From Diplonema japonicum (Eukaryota > Protista > Euglenozoa: Diplonemea): a stretch of 64,000 nucleotides of DNA. Shown one piece after another: positions 1 through 11,467 of the stretch. The notes beneath the pieces were generated by a model. The model was given only the letters and a program-made list of their open reading frames with translations. It was not told where the DNA came from and did not search any database. The translations under genes were made by a program, and so were the position numbers. How positions within the stretch are numbered: the stretch's first letter is position 1; every line of letters starts with the position of its first letter. The DNA lies in the NCBI GenBank assembly GCA_964019335.1, contig OZ025654.1, positions 806,001 through 870,000 on the forward strand. Reading direction: 5' to 3'.

Positions 1-207
1 AGAAACAGGCTCCTAAAAATAATGCGCCTCTACCACCAAAGTTTGGGCGTCCGGGGCTGATATGCAGGTCGCTTCACGCTCCAGAACTGGGGTAGTGAAA
101 ATAATATGGCTAGACACCCTATAACTCCACCCTTGCCATTTTATTTTTGTATCAGAACGAGAAGTTCAGAATCGGCTTTTTAGACCGGCAATAGCGGTCC
201 TTTGTGG

Positions 208-208
<1 letters not shown>
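1..208. mobile_element. Right end of a piggyBac-like element (same family as 26070-27022), continuing upstream of the window
   Basis: Most of 28-208 aligns with 26870-27022. It ends in TIR CGGTCCTTTGTGGG (195-208) followed by TTTAA. Probably sits in an intron of the gene that resumes at ~266. Confidence 0.75.
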
Positions 209-244
<36 letters not shown>

Positions 245-250
245 GTAACT

Positions 251-1849
251 GTGCTTAATCAGCAGGGATCGATAGAAGCAATCTACCCAGCTAACAGCAC
301 AGACGACATTGTGAAGCGGGCCGGTGAGATCACAGAGAACAAGACAGCGCATGAGAGTGGTTGGATCGAAGGCCTCGCAGCGAACTCCACTGTTGAGGAG
401 CTGAACATCACAACCGATTACGCCCCCGAGGGAGAACCCTTCTACTACAGGGTGGGCTACATGAACGACGACTACGGCATTGACTGGTTCCTCCACGTGC
501 TGCTTGACAGGGCGTACATCATGGAGTCCATCGAGGAGAAGCTTGATGAGACCCGTTCCGGCATCGCGTCTGCGGAGAAGAAGGTTGAAGACGATCTAAC
601 ATCTGCCCGCGCGGTGCTCTACGGACTCGTCGTCAGCACAGCGGTCGTGTTGATCACCGTTTCAGTGGTGTTTGTCCTGAAGATCATCGAACCGCTTGTC
701 ATGCTCGAACGAGAAATGGCGATGGTCTCGTTAATGAAGCTGGAGTTCGTCGACAGGGAACGCCCCTTCAGCATGCTGCAAGAGGTCCGGCTTATGCAAA
801 GGAGCTTTCTCAAAATGACGGAAAACCTGATCGAATACAGAAACTACATGCCGGCATCCGTTTTAGAAGACACCGACGACGAGGAGGACGGAAACACCAG
901 CCAGAGCAGCGCCACCATAACCAGCAAATCTGTTACATCGTCGCAGTCGGGGAATTGCAAGACGACGCCTTCCAACACACTGTCGGCACACGCGTCCGCG
1001 ATGACCCTTTCTCAGCATTCTTCGACAAAGGTGGACATGAAGCAGAACATCTTGCAAGGGACCGAGGCCAAGTCACGCCGTGTGACCCTCATGAGCTGCA
1101 ACGTCGTGTCCTTCCTCGGCGACTCCAACGAAGGTTCGCACATACTGGCGATGGTCAACACATACCTCTCCATGGCGTTGCATCACGTGAAGGTGACAAA
1201 GGGCATCCCTGACATCTTCAGTGGTGACAGATTATACGTTTCATGGAATGGTGCAAAGAACTGCGCCACGCACCGCACTGCCGCATACGTTTGCTCAATG
1301 GGCATCATCTCTGACACATCGCTTGGGAAAAAATACTCGATTGGGCTTGTGTCGGGGGAGGTTAAATGCGGGAACATGGGCTGCGATCGAATGAAAAAAT
1401 ACTCATTCGTTGGGTCTCTTGCCTCTTGGATGCATATTGTTGAAAGGGTGGGCCGCATGGCTGGCGCTGAAGTGGTGATAGATAAAGTGGTGAAGGAAGA
1501 GATAGAGAACCTTTCGTACTCCCGCACGGTTCAGCATGTGATGTACCCGAAGCACAGCCTGAAAACACTGCTGGTCTTCGAAGTGATGGCCAAGAAGCAA
1601 ATGATCGAGGAGGAGTGGATGTACCAGCTGGATGAGAAAGAAAAGAACGACCCCCACAAAGCATATAACAAAAGCTACACCCTGTTCATGGCAGGGGATG
1701 TTGAAGGTGCTGTACGCGAGCTTGAAGTTTATGCTAGTGGTGGGGTTTGGGATTCCGTGGTACAGAGGTATAGGGAGAAGCTTCAGAGGGCGATCGACCA
1801 CCCGATCCTTTGTGATCCTTATGGGAAGCATGAGGGCCTTGTGAGTTGA
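251..1849 (+). CDS. 3' exon of a receptor-type nucleotidyl cyclase-like protein (extracellular remnant, TM, HAMP-like region, degenerate class III cyclase domain); 5' part upstream of the window
   Basis: 532-codon open frame without an ATG at its start; candidate acceptor CAG at 263-265. TM VLYGLVV..VFVL, HAMP-like IIEPLVMLEREM..EYRNYMP, cyclase-like FSGDRL/GEVKCGNMG. First metal Asp and N/R transition-state residues are not conserved. Homologous to the 8291 gene. Confidence 0.8.
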   Translation: MLNQQGSIEAIYPANSTDDIVKRAGEITENKTAHESGWIEGLAANSTVEELNITTDYAPEGEPFYYRVGYMNDDYGIDWFLHVLLDRAYIMESIEEKLDETRSGIASAEKKVEDDLTSARAVLYGLVVSTAVVLITVSVVFVLKIIEPLVMLEREMAMVSLMKLEFVDRERPFSMLQEVRLMQRSFLKMTENLIEYRNYMPASVLEDTDDEEDGNTSQSSATITSKSVTSSQSGNCKTTPSNTLSAHASAMTLSQHSSTKVDMKQNILQGTEAKSRRVTLMSCNVVSFLGDSNEGSHILAMVNTYLSMALHHVKVTKGIPDIFSGDRLYVSWNGAKNCATHRTAAYVCSMGIISDTSLGKKYSIGLVSGEVKCGNMGCDRMKKYSFVGSLASWMHIVERVGRMAGAEVVIDKVVKEEIENLSYSRTVQHVMYPKHSLKTLLVFEVMAKKQMIEEEWMYQLDEKEKNDPHKAYNKSYTLFMAGDVEGAVRELEVYASGGVWDSVVQRYREKLQRAIDHPILCDPYGKHEGLVS

Positions 1850-2283
1850 AACCCTTTTTTTTTATATTATTTTTATATGGTAAGGTTCACTCTTCTGACA
1901 TATATTGCCATTTTCTTCTTCTTTTCTTCTTTCTCTTTGACATCGATTTGTATCGATGTCGTCCTCCCTCACCCCGAATTGTAAAGATTTCTGCCCCCCC
2001 CTAAAAAAAATAAAAAGGCACCCATTCCCTGTAAAAGGCTTTGCTATGTAGTGTGAGATTTATCGCAGATAGCCAAAGTATCTTTTTCAGGAGACGGTGC
2101 CGTCCCTTCCCTCTTCTTTTTCTTAATATGTCCCCCCCTTGAATGAAAAAAGAGGGGGAAAAGAATCAAGCTGAAGAAAAGGCCGGCAAAGCCTTTACCA
2201 CTTATAGTATATTGATGCTTTTTTCCTCTTTTTTTTTTCTTTGCGAGAAAACGAGTCTTTTGGCTTCGTTTTAATTATTTTAA

Positions 2284-4043
2284 CCACTAAAGGACCGGGG
2301 GTTTTAGCGAAAAAAGTGCCAAGGACCGTCTATTTACGAACCCGGAAAAAAGAAATGCGAGAGTTTAACCATAGGAAAGTACACTATACCCTTTAAAAAG
2401 CACGTGACTCAGGGGGTAAAAAAAACAGTTTATTTTTCATGCAGGGGGGCTTACTTAGTGTTCATACGGGGTCGGGAGAGGAAATATACGACGAAGTACT
2501 GAGCATCACGAGCGACCTTGCTCAACCCACTCGAGGGCGCTTGGGCGGAGGACAGCCTCCCCCACTTTTTTTTTCCCCGCAGATGTCGATTTTCTTCCAA
2601 CATTGGGTCCTGGCGGACGCTGGAGCCTTTGAGGATTTTTTTTTCAAGCGTCCCCAGAATTGTCGGTATTTTATCATGTCAGGGTGGTCATTTTTTGTAT
2701 GAAAAATCTCAAAGCACTCAGGGCACAGGGCAACATTGCACGTTTTGCAGGTGTAAAATTGTTTCTTTTTTATTTTTGGCACAGCCTTGAGGTGAATTTC
2801 ATACTATAGGCAAAGTCGTAGAGATTAAAGGCAAAATTATAGGCAAAGCCGAAAAGGTTAACACGGGTTTAGTACGGCCGTGCCACAAGAGGAACCGGAT
2901 GCTGTCCGAACTCTGCCGCATGACTCTGTCATGGCGTGAGATTTGTTTGCTGGCCTCCTTTTTCGTTTTTCTGCCCACTGTCGTCTTCCGGAGTTGAACC
3001 GTGCCCATGGGGTTGTATTTTTCTGTTGCGCTGAACCTCCGATAGCATGCATACCCATACTCAAAAGAGAGCAGAAGAACTGGTAATTAGAATAAAGATT
3101 ATCCATCGCAACCCAGTGACCACGATGCTCGAACTGTCGCAGAAGACATGGTACCGTGTCCTCCGGGTCCCCACCAGGGTAAATTCTAATGTTAAGCGCG
3201 CACCCTGTGCATGAATGCGGCGGAGTACACCTTAAAGCCATAGCGCTTGCGTTTAGCTGGTCGAAAAACGCTGTGCTTAAGGCGGGAGAAGGAGCGAATC
3301 AATGCTCAGCCCTTGACCGGGGGTGGTATGCAGCTTTCCAGCTGGGGGAGTCCGGGAATGCAGCATCTCCACTTTTGATAGTGTCCCGTTGCCCTGGGAG
3401 CCAAAGTGGACACAACAAGAAGATATGGATAAATGTGGTGCGGCCCAGGACACGGCCTATGTAAGGCGTTGCAATCTCTTCCTTTGTAGACCAGCAGTCC
3501 TTGACGCCCGCCCTGCAGACTTCGTCCATCAAGGCGGGCAGAACCCAGACGGCTATCCAGGTGTTCAGTTGTACCACGTCTGCGTCGAATGTGGTGCCCT
3601 TGGATGTGGTGCCTTGGATGTGGCATACACCTTCGAACAGCTGATAATGGACCTCAGCAAGCTGTTTGTGATAAACAAACAGAAAAGTTGTAGCCTATCC
3701 ATGTTGCTGTTCGATGTTGCTGGACCCCTGTACCCATGTCACTTCCTGGCCGGTATACGGTTGATATTTGTCCCCCAACGCACACCACCCTCATCTGAGG
3801 TGCTGGAGTTGGAAGAAGCACTTCAGAAGCTGCTCTCAAATAATAAGTACAAAAGGACACCAAAGCAACCCCCTTGGGGACGGGTTTTTGTGTTTATTCT
3901 TCGCGCAAAAGGGTATTTCAAATAAAAAAAAATCGCGGAACAATGGGTCTCAGTAAAGTCCAGGGGCTGTGTGGCACAAAAAGTGTCACATAGAAAAGAT
4001 AATTTTTCTTAAGGACACATATGTCCTCATGGTCCTTTAGTGG
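2284..4043 (-). mobile_element. piggyBac transposon, decayed
   Basis: Perfect 13-bp TIRs CCACTAAAGGACC (2284-2296) and GGTCCTTTAGTGG (4031-4043), flanked by TTAA at 2280-2283 and 4044-4047. Confidence 0.92.
2522..3600 (-). pseudogene. Frameshifted piggyBac (PGBD-like) transposase
   Basis: Collinear fragments WSTKEEIATPYIGRVLGRTTF, HWVAMDNLYSN..MHAIG (catalytic Asp motif) and the C-terminal Cys-rich CKTCNVALCPECFEIFH, spread over several frames. Confidence 0.85.
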
Positions 4044-5168
4044 TTAAAAAGGAATAAAAAAAAATATAAATACTATTTATATGAACGTGCTTTTTTTAAT
4101 GTTCCCACAGGACCACGGTTCCAGCTCCAAATGGGCACATGCAGCAAGCAACGGCCAGTGCTGACCTACATTGTTGGGGGACAGGGGGGGGGGGGCATTT
4201 TTCTTGTACTTCAAATATGCCTGGTCAAGAGTGCTGCGAAACGGCCAATGCCCCCCCCCTCCACCCTTTTGTTTCTCACGACGGGAAAAAGAAAATGCTG
4301 CAAAATGAAAATGTCCAGAGCAGCGGAGACTCTTCCCTCTTTTTTAAGGGGGATCCTCAAGTGGGATTTGCCCTCAAACACCGCCTACTTTTTTTTTTTT
4401 CTTTCTTTTCTACACCGCTTCCCCGTTATAGGGCAAGTACCTCCCTCTCTCTCAGATAACAAGAAGGTTGCACTCAAGTGTGTAAATTTCTTGTGACGCT
4501 GTAAAATCTTTCTATGTACTACCTTTTTTTTTTTAAAAAAAGATTTATTTACTAAGCTGAGGTGCCCCCTGTAATCAAGTAGACTGCACTGTGCAGGGCG
4601 CCCACTAGCTTCCTTTGTCTCTCACATAAATTATCGAGTTTACTATCTGTCTTCTCCCTGTTAGCAATATTGCAATGCAGGGGGAGGAAAAGAAAGTGAT
4701 ATCCCCCCAACATACATTTCACAAGCAAAAAGGGCTTAATTCACATTTTCAGCTATCAATCTTCATCCAAACAAAAATAATATAGAAGAACCATTCACGA
4801 CCGTGACCCGTAGGGAGTGATAGTGGTCCTGCTGCAAAAAACCCCACCCCCACCCCAAGGACTTCACCCGAGATCGAAGGTTACGGCCACCCCTCTCTTT
4901 CCCATCCTATTTATTTATTCCGCTACTTAAAAAAAATAAAAATAAAAGAGATATAAAAGAAGTCTTTGTATCACAGTGTGCTGCTGTTCTGCTTTTTGGA
5001 ATATCTCTTTTCCCACCCCTTTCTTCTTCCTTCATTCATTTCCTTCATCCCCCCTTTCTTTTTGCCCCCTTCCATTGCCTGTGTTTGGAAAAAGACCCCC
5101 CCCCCCCCCATGTACCATCATTGATAAGGTTCATCACAGTACAATAAAAAACAAAAGAAAATAGAAAA

Positions 5169-5720
5169 ATGGTGCCAGATCCGAAAGTAAGGCCGGCTTT
5201 CTTCAACGCAATGGGATCGAAAAGGAACAGACGGAGGGCGGGGATCTCAGAGATGAAGGCGGCGCAGATGGGGAACAACGGGCGAAACGGGCTGAAGACC
5301 TTCAGGGAGATGGCAGAAAAGGGGCAATGGGGGAGGGTCCACAACGGGCACTTCGACTGGTGGATGTTCCCCATCGAAGACGGGTCACAGGGACAGTACA
5401 ACGTCCTTGAAATGGACGTGAAAGAGCTCCAAGCCGACCAAGAGTACATGAAGAACTACCGTGAGGCAGTTGCTCTCGTTGTCCGGGCATGGGGGTGGGA
5501 CATTGACGAAGCGTCACCTGTTTCCCCCATGGTTCAGGGGATGGGGTGGACAAGCTGGGATGTCAGGCTTGCCAAGATCACCCGCTCCCTGTGGCTCTTC
5601 GAACAGGCCGACTATCTTGCGTCGATTCAAAAGTTCGCAAGGACCCTGAAGCCCAACGGGGGGTTTCGGTACGGCCGTATAAACCTCGATGAAATCCTAC
5701 ACATGAAACTCCCCAGGTGA
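5169..5720 (+). CDS. Opioid growth factor receptor (OGFr_N)-like conserved-domain protein, paralog 1
   Basis: 183 aa. HNGHFDWWMFPI and VRLAKITRSLWLF resemble the OGFr conserved motifs H..IQWLFP and LRITRIL.SL. Near-identical tandem copy at 6331. Confidence 0.7.
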   Translation: MVPDPKVRPAFFNAMGSKRNRRRAGISEMKAAQMGNNGRNGLKTFREMAEKGQWGRVHNGHFDWWMFPIEDGSQGQYNVLEMDVKELQADQEYMKNYREAVALVVRAWGWDIDEASPVSPMVQGMGWTSWDVRLAKITRSLWLFEQADYLASIQKFARTLKPNGGFRYGRINLDEILHMKLPR

Positions 5721-6029
5721 ATACACCCCCGCCCCCCTTGTTGCTTTCTTTCCGTTGCCCCCCCCCCTTTTTTTTTGGACTCCGAAAAACGAGTGGGGTG
5801 GCCTCTGCTTTTCTTTTTTTTTACATTATTAGTCTTTACCTTTCGAGTAGCGGTGTACACCCCCTCCCTTTTTTTTGGTCTTTCATTTTAGACCATTGAA
5901 GAAGATAGAAGATCAAAATCATCGCAGTAGGGGACACTGTTTTGTACAAAAGATTCCGATCCCCCCCCCTTTTTTTTGGCGTTTTCTGTTATCTTGGGTT
6001 CTTCTCACCCCCCCCCCCCCCCCCCCCCC

Positions 6030-6208
6030 ATGTTGAAGGAAACGCGTTTCCAAGCTTTTTTTTGAAAATAAGGAAACGGCAACTTCCTTATTTTGAGACT
6101 GTTTCCTTAAGAAGGGAACACGTTTCCTCTGAAAAAGAAGCGCGTTTCCTTAGGTATCTGAAAAATAAGGAAACGGGAACGTTTCCCCGTTTCTTGCCAG
6201 TATAGCCC
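6030..6208. mobile_element. Short MITE-like repeat rich in GGAAAC/GTTTCC
   Basis: Ends in TTGCCAGTATAGCCC. Related copies at ~16410-16510, 24526-24622, 33701-33785, 33958-34025, 49620-49800, 57995-58075 and 63122-63165. Confidence 0.65.
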
Positions 6209-6330
6209 CCTCCTCCTCTTCATTCCTTAGTGCAAACCTAGAAAGAAAAAACACGTCTGATTATCTTTTGTTTCGTTTTCTCTTTTCAGCATACTAGTAA
6301 CAACCATGCAGCGCTCTCTGCAATTTTGAA

Positions 6331-6894
6331 ATGTTTCGCACCCTCCCCTGTCTGGGGTTGGTACGACCAGCGTTTTTCAATGCAAGAGGGGTGAAGAAGA
6401 ACACTAGCCGCGCGAGTTTAGTAGACATGAAGGCGGCGCAGATGGGAAACAACGGGCGAAACGGGCTGAAGACCTTCAGGGAGATGGCAGAAAAGGGGCA
6501 ATGGGGGAGGGTCCACAACGGGCACTTCGACTGGTGGATGTTCCCCATCGAAGACGGGTCACAGGGACAGTACAACGTCCTTGAAATGGACGTGAAAGAG
6601 CTCCAAGCCGACCAAGAGTACATGAAGAACTACCGTGAGGCAGTTGCTCTCGTTGTCCGGGCATGGGGGTGGGACATTGACAAAGCGTCACCTGTTTCCC
6701 CCATGGTTCAGGGGATGGGGTGGACAAGCTGGGATGTCAGGCTTGCCAAGATCACCCGCTCCCTGTGGCTCTTCGAACAGGCCGACTATCTTGCGTCGAT
6801 TCAAAAGTTCGCAAGGACCCTGAAGCCCAACGGGGGGTTTCGGTTTGGCCGTATAAACCTCGATGAAATCCTACACATGAAAGTCCCTAGGTGA
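6331..6894 (+). CDS. OGFr_N-like conserved-domain protein, paralog 2 (possible mitochondrial presequence)
   Basis: 187 aa. 6427-6894 is nearly identical to 5253-5720; the N-terminus MFRTLPCLGLVRPAFFNARG differs. Confidence 0.7.
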   Translation: MFRTLPCLGLVRPAFFNARGVKKNTSRASLVDMKAAQMGNNGRNGLKTFREMAEKGQWGRVHNGHFDWWMFPIEDGSQGQYNVLEMDVKELQADQEYMKNYREAVALVVRAWGWDIDKASPVSPMVQGMGWTSWDVRLAKITRSLWLFEQADYLASIQKFARTLKPNGGFRFGRINLDEILHMKVPR

Positions 6895-7005
6895 TGTGAT
6901 CATCGCTTGTGGTCTCCCTTTTCTTTTAAATTTCTTTTACAACCTTCACACATTTGTGTAATAGTAATAATATAAAAAAGGCATTTTAAAAAAAGACTCG
7001 CAACC

Positions 7006-8181
7006 ATGTCACGCACTTTCATGTTCTCGTCTGAGCACGTGACAGAGGGTCACCCTGACAAGATGTGCGATCAGTTCTCCGATGCTGTGCTGGACGCGTG
7101 CCTTGCTGACGACCCCATGTCGAAGGTGGCGTGCGAGTCATGCTGCAAGACAGGGATGGTGATGGTGTTCGGTGAGATCACCACGAAGGCCGTGCTTGAC
7201 TACCAGACCATCCTCCGCAACACGGTGAAGAAAATCGGCTACGATGACTCCTCTAAGGGCTTCGACTACAAGACCTGCAACGTGGTGGTCGCCATCGAGC
7301 AGCAGTCCCCCGACATTGGCCAGTGCACCCAGTACGAGCACGAAGCCGAGCTCGGTGCTGGAGACCAGGGCCTCATGTTCGGGTACGCCACTGACGAGAC
7401 CGAGACCCTGATGCCCCTCTCCTACGAGCTCGCCCGTCAGCTCGCCCAGAAGCACTCCGAGAAGCGCAACAACGGTACCCTTGAGTGGGCCCGCCCTGAC
7501 GCCAAGACCCAGGTTACCGTGGAGTACAGAGTAGAGGAGAAGGGTGCCGCCAAGCTTCTGACGCCCCTCCGTGTGCATTGCATCTTGATCTCCTCGCAGC
7601 ACAGCGAGGATGTCACCAACGAGAAGATCAGGGAGGACCTGAAGGCGCTGTGCAAGGAGGTCATCCCCGCGAAGTACCTTGACGAAAAGACCATCTACCA
7701 CTTGAACCCCTCTGGCAGGTTCGTGATCGGCGGGCCGCAGGGTGACGCTGGTCTGACCGGTAGGAAGATCATTGTGGACACCTACGGTGGGTGGGGTGCT
7801 CACGGTGGTGGTGCCTTCTCTGGGAAGGACCCTACCAAGGTGGACAGGTCAGCGTGCTACGCCGCCAGGTGGATCGCCAAGTCCATCGTTGCCGCCGGCC
7901 TCGCTAAGAGGTGCATTGTCCAGCTGGCCTACGCCATCGGTGTCGCCGAGCCCCTCTCCATCTACGTGGACTCCTACGGCACTGGCAAGCACTCTGACGA
8001 AGACCTCCTTAAGATTGTGAACGCCAACTTCCGCCTCAGGCCCTACGACATCATCAAGGACCTCGACCTCAGGAGGCCCATCTACTCCGAGACCTCCTCC
8101 ATGGGTCACTTCGGTAGAACCTCCGAGAAGGGATTCACCTGGGAGAAGCCCAGGACCCTTGTCATCCCTGAGTTGAACTGA
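7006..8181 (+). CDS. metK: S-adenosylmethionine synthetase (methionine adenosyltransferase, canonical MAT type)
   Basis: 391 aa with [26 protein letters not shown] and [16 protein letters not shown] signatures. SSEHVTEG and [11 protein letters not shown] are kinetoplastid-like. Strong C/G third-position bias. Confidence 0.98.
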   Translation: MSRTFMFSSEHVTEGHPDKMCDQFSDAVLDACLADDPMSKVACESCCKTGMVMVFGEITTKAVLDYQTILRNTVKKIGYDDSSKGFDYKTCNVVVAIEQQSPDIGQCTQYEHEAELGAGDQGLMFGYATDETETLMPLSYELARQLAQKHSEKRNNGTLEWARPDAKTQVTVEYRVEEKGAAKLLTPLRVHCILISSQHSEDVTNEKIREDLKALCKEVIPAKYLDEKTIYHLNPSGRFVIGGPQGDAGLTGRKIIVDTYGGWGAHGGGAFSGKDPTKVDRSACYAARWIAKSIVAAGLAKRCIVQLAYAIGVAEPLSIYVDSYGTGKHSDEDLLKIVNANFRLRPYDIIKDLDLRRPIYSETSSMGHFGRTSEKGFTWEKPRTLVIPELN

Positions 8182-8290
8182 TCTCAATAATTCTAATCCC
8201 TCATTGTTATCACTTTTTTTTCTTCTTTTTTTTTTCTTTCTTTGGGTTTCCAATAGCTACTAAGAAAAAAAAGAAAGTACGCGTGTGAAC

Positions 8291-11200
8291 ATGTCGCGAG
8301 TAGAGCCTAGGGCGTCGTATGATGCGGGCTTGGTCTACCCGCAGGACAGCGTGGAGATCGAAGAAGAGATCCGCAGGTTGTTTTCCATCAGGACGGTGTT
8401 CATTGTGCTTTGCTTCGGGACCGCTGCCGGGCTCTTCACGGTAACGGTGGTGGGGAGCACCTTGTGCGACGGGGCTCTGGAGAAGACAGAGGATGCAAAC
8501 AACGCAGCTTTCAACGCATGTTACGTCGCAACTGAAGAAGACCTGAACGCAAACGTTCGCGATCAAGCAATGCTGGAAGGAAGCTATCTAACAGGAAGAG
8601 TGACAGACTACCTAAACCTGCTCGATTCGTTAGTCGCAAAAACCATGCTTGAGTTGCGGATCATTGAATCGAGGGAAGGGCCCTTGATGTCGGGGTGGGA
8701 CTTGATTCTCCACATGGAGCACGAACTCGTTGTGTCTGTTGCTACCATGCACTCGTTTGGGCTCCGATCTTTCGCCTTCTCGATTGGAATACTTGGAATC
8801 AATGTGGGCAAGACCATCGACTCGAATGAGGTGCGGAAGGATTGGATGAACGGGACTAACCCACCATCGTACGCTTACACCGTCATGATCAACACAACAA
8901 CAGGCGCGGACGAAGGCGAAACCACGCTCTTCTTCCTCCATGAGCTCGGGAACCCTCTGTACCCCGCGTATACAACTGGGATACAGACTTCAAGGGAACC
9001 CCAGTGGAGCCCGCTATTGGAGATTGGTTCCTCGGTTTCTGCGATTCAATTTGTTCAATGGATCGATGCCCGCACCGACACACTATCAGGGCTGTATGTA
9101 ACGCTATCAATGAATAAGCTGTCGGAGGTGTTGCAATCCAGTTTGGAGGAGGTCGGAGGCATGGCCTACATCGTTGTCGCGGACAGTTGGATGGCGAACG
9201 CCTACGCAGGCCTCCCGGACCCGCAACCGTTCCTCACTATGATAAGCAACGATACAGGGGTTTTAGTCGCTACCAGCCACGGCAACGCCAGCCGTGTGGT
9301 GGATGGGTCAAGCCGGAAAATCAAAGATGTTGAGGCCACTGATCCCGGCATCATGTCCGTTGCCAAATTCATACACAGCATCGGTGGCTACCAGCACATT
9401 GTAGACACCGACCTTGTACAGGCACCGATCAACAACCGCACGATGATCATCTGCGTAGTGAAATACGAACCCTACGAGTCCATTTCATGGTTCATCACAA
9501 TGGCTTTGGAGTACTCAGTGGTCATGGCGAACGCAGAGGCGATCGGGAACCAGGCACGCGCGAACCGCGACGAAGAAGAGAAGAAAGCAAAGGACGACAT
9601 CACGAAAAACCTCCTCCTCTCGAGGATCATAGCCGGCTGCATCACGATGATCTTTCTCGGCTGCAGTTTGCTCACGTCCCGGTCCATTGCGAAGCCCATC
9701 AAGCAGCTGCAGGTTGACATGAAGCACGTCTCGGCGATGGATCTCTCCGAAGCGAAGGAACATGACGAGCTCAGCTACGTCAAGGAAATCGCGGAGATCC
9801 AGACAGGGTTCGCGAAGATGATCGTCAACCTGGAGGAGTTCCGCGCGTACGTCCCGTCCGCCTTGCTCGGCACGAATTTTGTAAAGGCGACACCGCCACA
9901 AGGTGATATAGCATTGGTCTTCACCGACATCGTGAGCTCGACATCCCTGTGGGCAAAGGCACCCATCGAAATGGACACGGCTTTGGAGCTGCACAACACC
10001 GTAATGCGCGAGGCATGCGCGGCGTTCGACGGCTATGAGGTGAAGACCATCGGAGATGCTTTCATGGTCGCCTTCACGTCGTCGGTACCCGCGTTGAAGT
10101 TCTGCTGCAAAGTCCAAACCGACCTCGCCCAACAAGTTTGGCCGGAGGCCATCGAACTCCCCCCCATAAGCACCGCCAAAGATATCCTCCTATGGAACGG
10201 GATCAGAGTACGGATGGGTTGCCACCACGGTGAAGCTGTCCTCGAGGAAAACCCATTAACTGGAAGATCAGACTACAGGGGCACCGTGGTGAACACAGCA
10301 TCACGTGTCGAAAGCAAGGCCATGCCGGGGACCATATGCATCACAGACACGACAAAAACAGCGATCGAAGGCCACTCCGAACCGTGGGTCGTGAAAGACC
10401 ATGGAAAACATGATCTGAAAGGCCTCGGGGATGTGCACTTAAGCCTGCTCATCACGACCACACTCTCTGAGAGACTGGAGTGGAGCGACGCGACTGTGAA
10501 GATCCACAGAGGCGACAGTTATACAAGCGGTGGGACGCAAGGAACGGTCGACTCCCTCGAGAAGAACAAAAAGCGGAAATCTCACACGAACACCGTTAAA
10601 AAGACGAAACTGAACGTGGTGAAGGGGGACGTGACCGTGGCTACGGTGGGGCTGATGAAGGACAAGCAAAACATGCTCTTCGAATACTGCAACATAATGG
10701 TGCGTGTGGTGTCAGACTCCGCTAACCAAACGGAAGGGATGGTGGGGGGGATGTGCGGGTCGTGGATGTGGGTAGCATGGAACACAACAAAACCAAACAA
10801 GGTCCACAGCGCTTGCGGGCTTCGATTTGTCGCTGAACTAAAGCGTAGAACTGATGGAATCTTCAAGGTGGGGCTGTGCACCGGACCCGCATTGCACGGT
10901 AACGTAGGCACGCAGGCCAACAGGTTCCAAAACATCTTCGGGTCGACGCTTCGCTTGTCGATAGCCGCAGCGGACTACACCGCGATGTTTAGCACCTTCG
11001 CGCTGATCGCGGACAATGCAAACAATAGCTTCACAACGCAGCCCAGTATTACCTCTTACATCAGGATAGTGGACTCTTGGCTGCACAGCCGCGACGAGTT
11101 AGATAGTTTGATCAACGTATATGAAGTAATGACTTCGAAACTACTTGATTCTCTAGAGTGGTCGTCTGGGTTCAGGTATTAAAGATGTGGAGGGGGGAAA

Positions 11201-11467
11201 AAGAAATCACTGTAGTGACGTAAACGACATTCATGCTACACTTTATTACGGGGCCCTGCAGTCCTCGCAAGGGCTTGAGAAGTTTAATCAGCACGTAGAT
11301 GAGAACCCTGAAGATTTTGTGTTGCAGGTTTCCCCCCTTTTTTTTTTGTGGGGAATAAATATGTCCAAAAAAAAATACAGGCAATGAAACATATTCTTGC
11401 AACTGGAGTGTGCACCCCAAGATACAGAGTGCAAGTGGAGCTATCTGACCTGCCGCCTGGGGTGTGA
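8291..11467 (+). CDS. Receptor-type adenylate cyclase (TM, extracellular domain, TM, HAMP, active cyclase domain, degenerate second cyclase domain); exons 8291-11175, 11216-11327, 11381-11467
   Basis: ATG at 8291. Catalytic motifs VFTDIVSST, EVKTIGDAFM and DYRGTVVNTASRVES, with K and D specificity residues typical of adenylyl cyclases. Second cyclase-like block GLCTGPALHGNVG. Two small GT-AG introns restore the frame to TGA at 11465-11467. Confidence 0.88.
11176..11215 (+). other. Predicted 40-nt GT-AG intron
   Basis: CAG|GTATTAAA...CTGTAG|T; removal skips the TAA at 11180 and joins the 11187-frame ORF (F-S-D-V-N-D-I-H). Confidence 0.75.
11328..11380 (+). other. Predicted 53-nt GT-AG intron
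   Basis: CAG|GTTTCCCC...AAATACAG|GCAATG; homopolymer-rich, phase 0, followed by a 28-codon terminal exon. Confidence 0.7.

Noticed and set aside
11160-11400. Frameshift or pseudogenisation at the cyclase 3' end
   Set aside because: Two canonical GT-AG introns restore one continuous frame.
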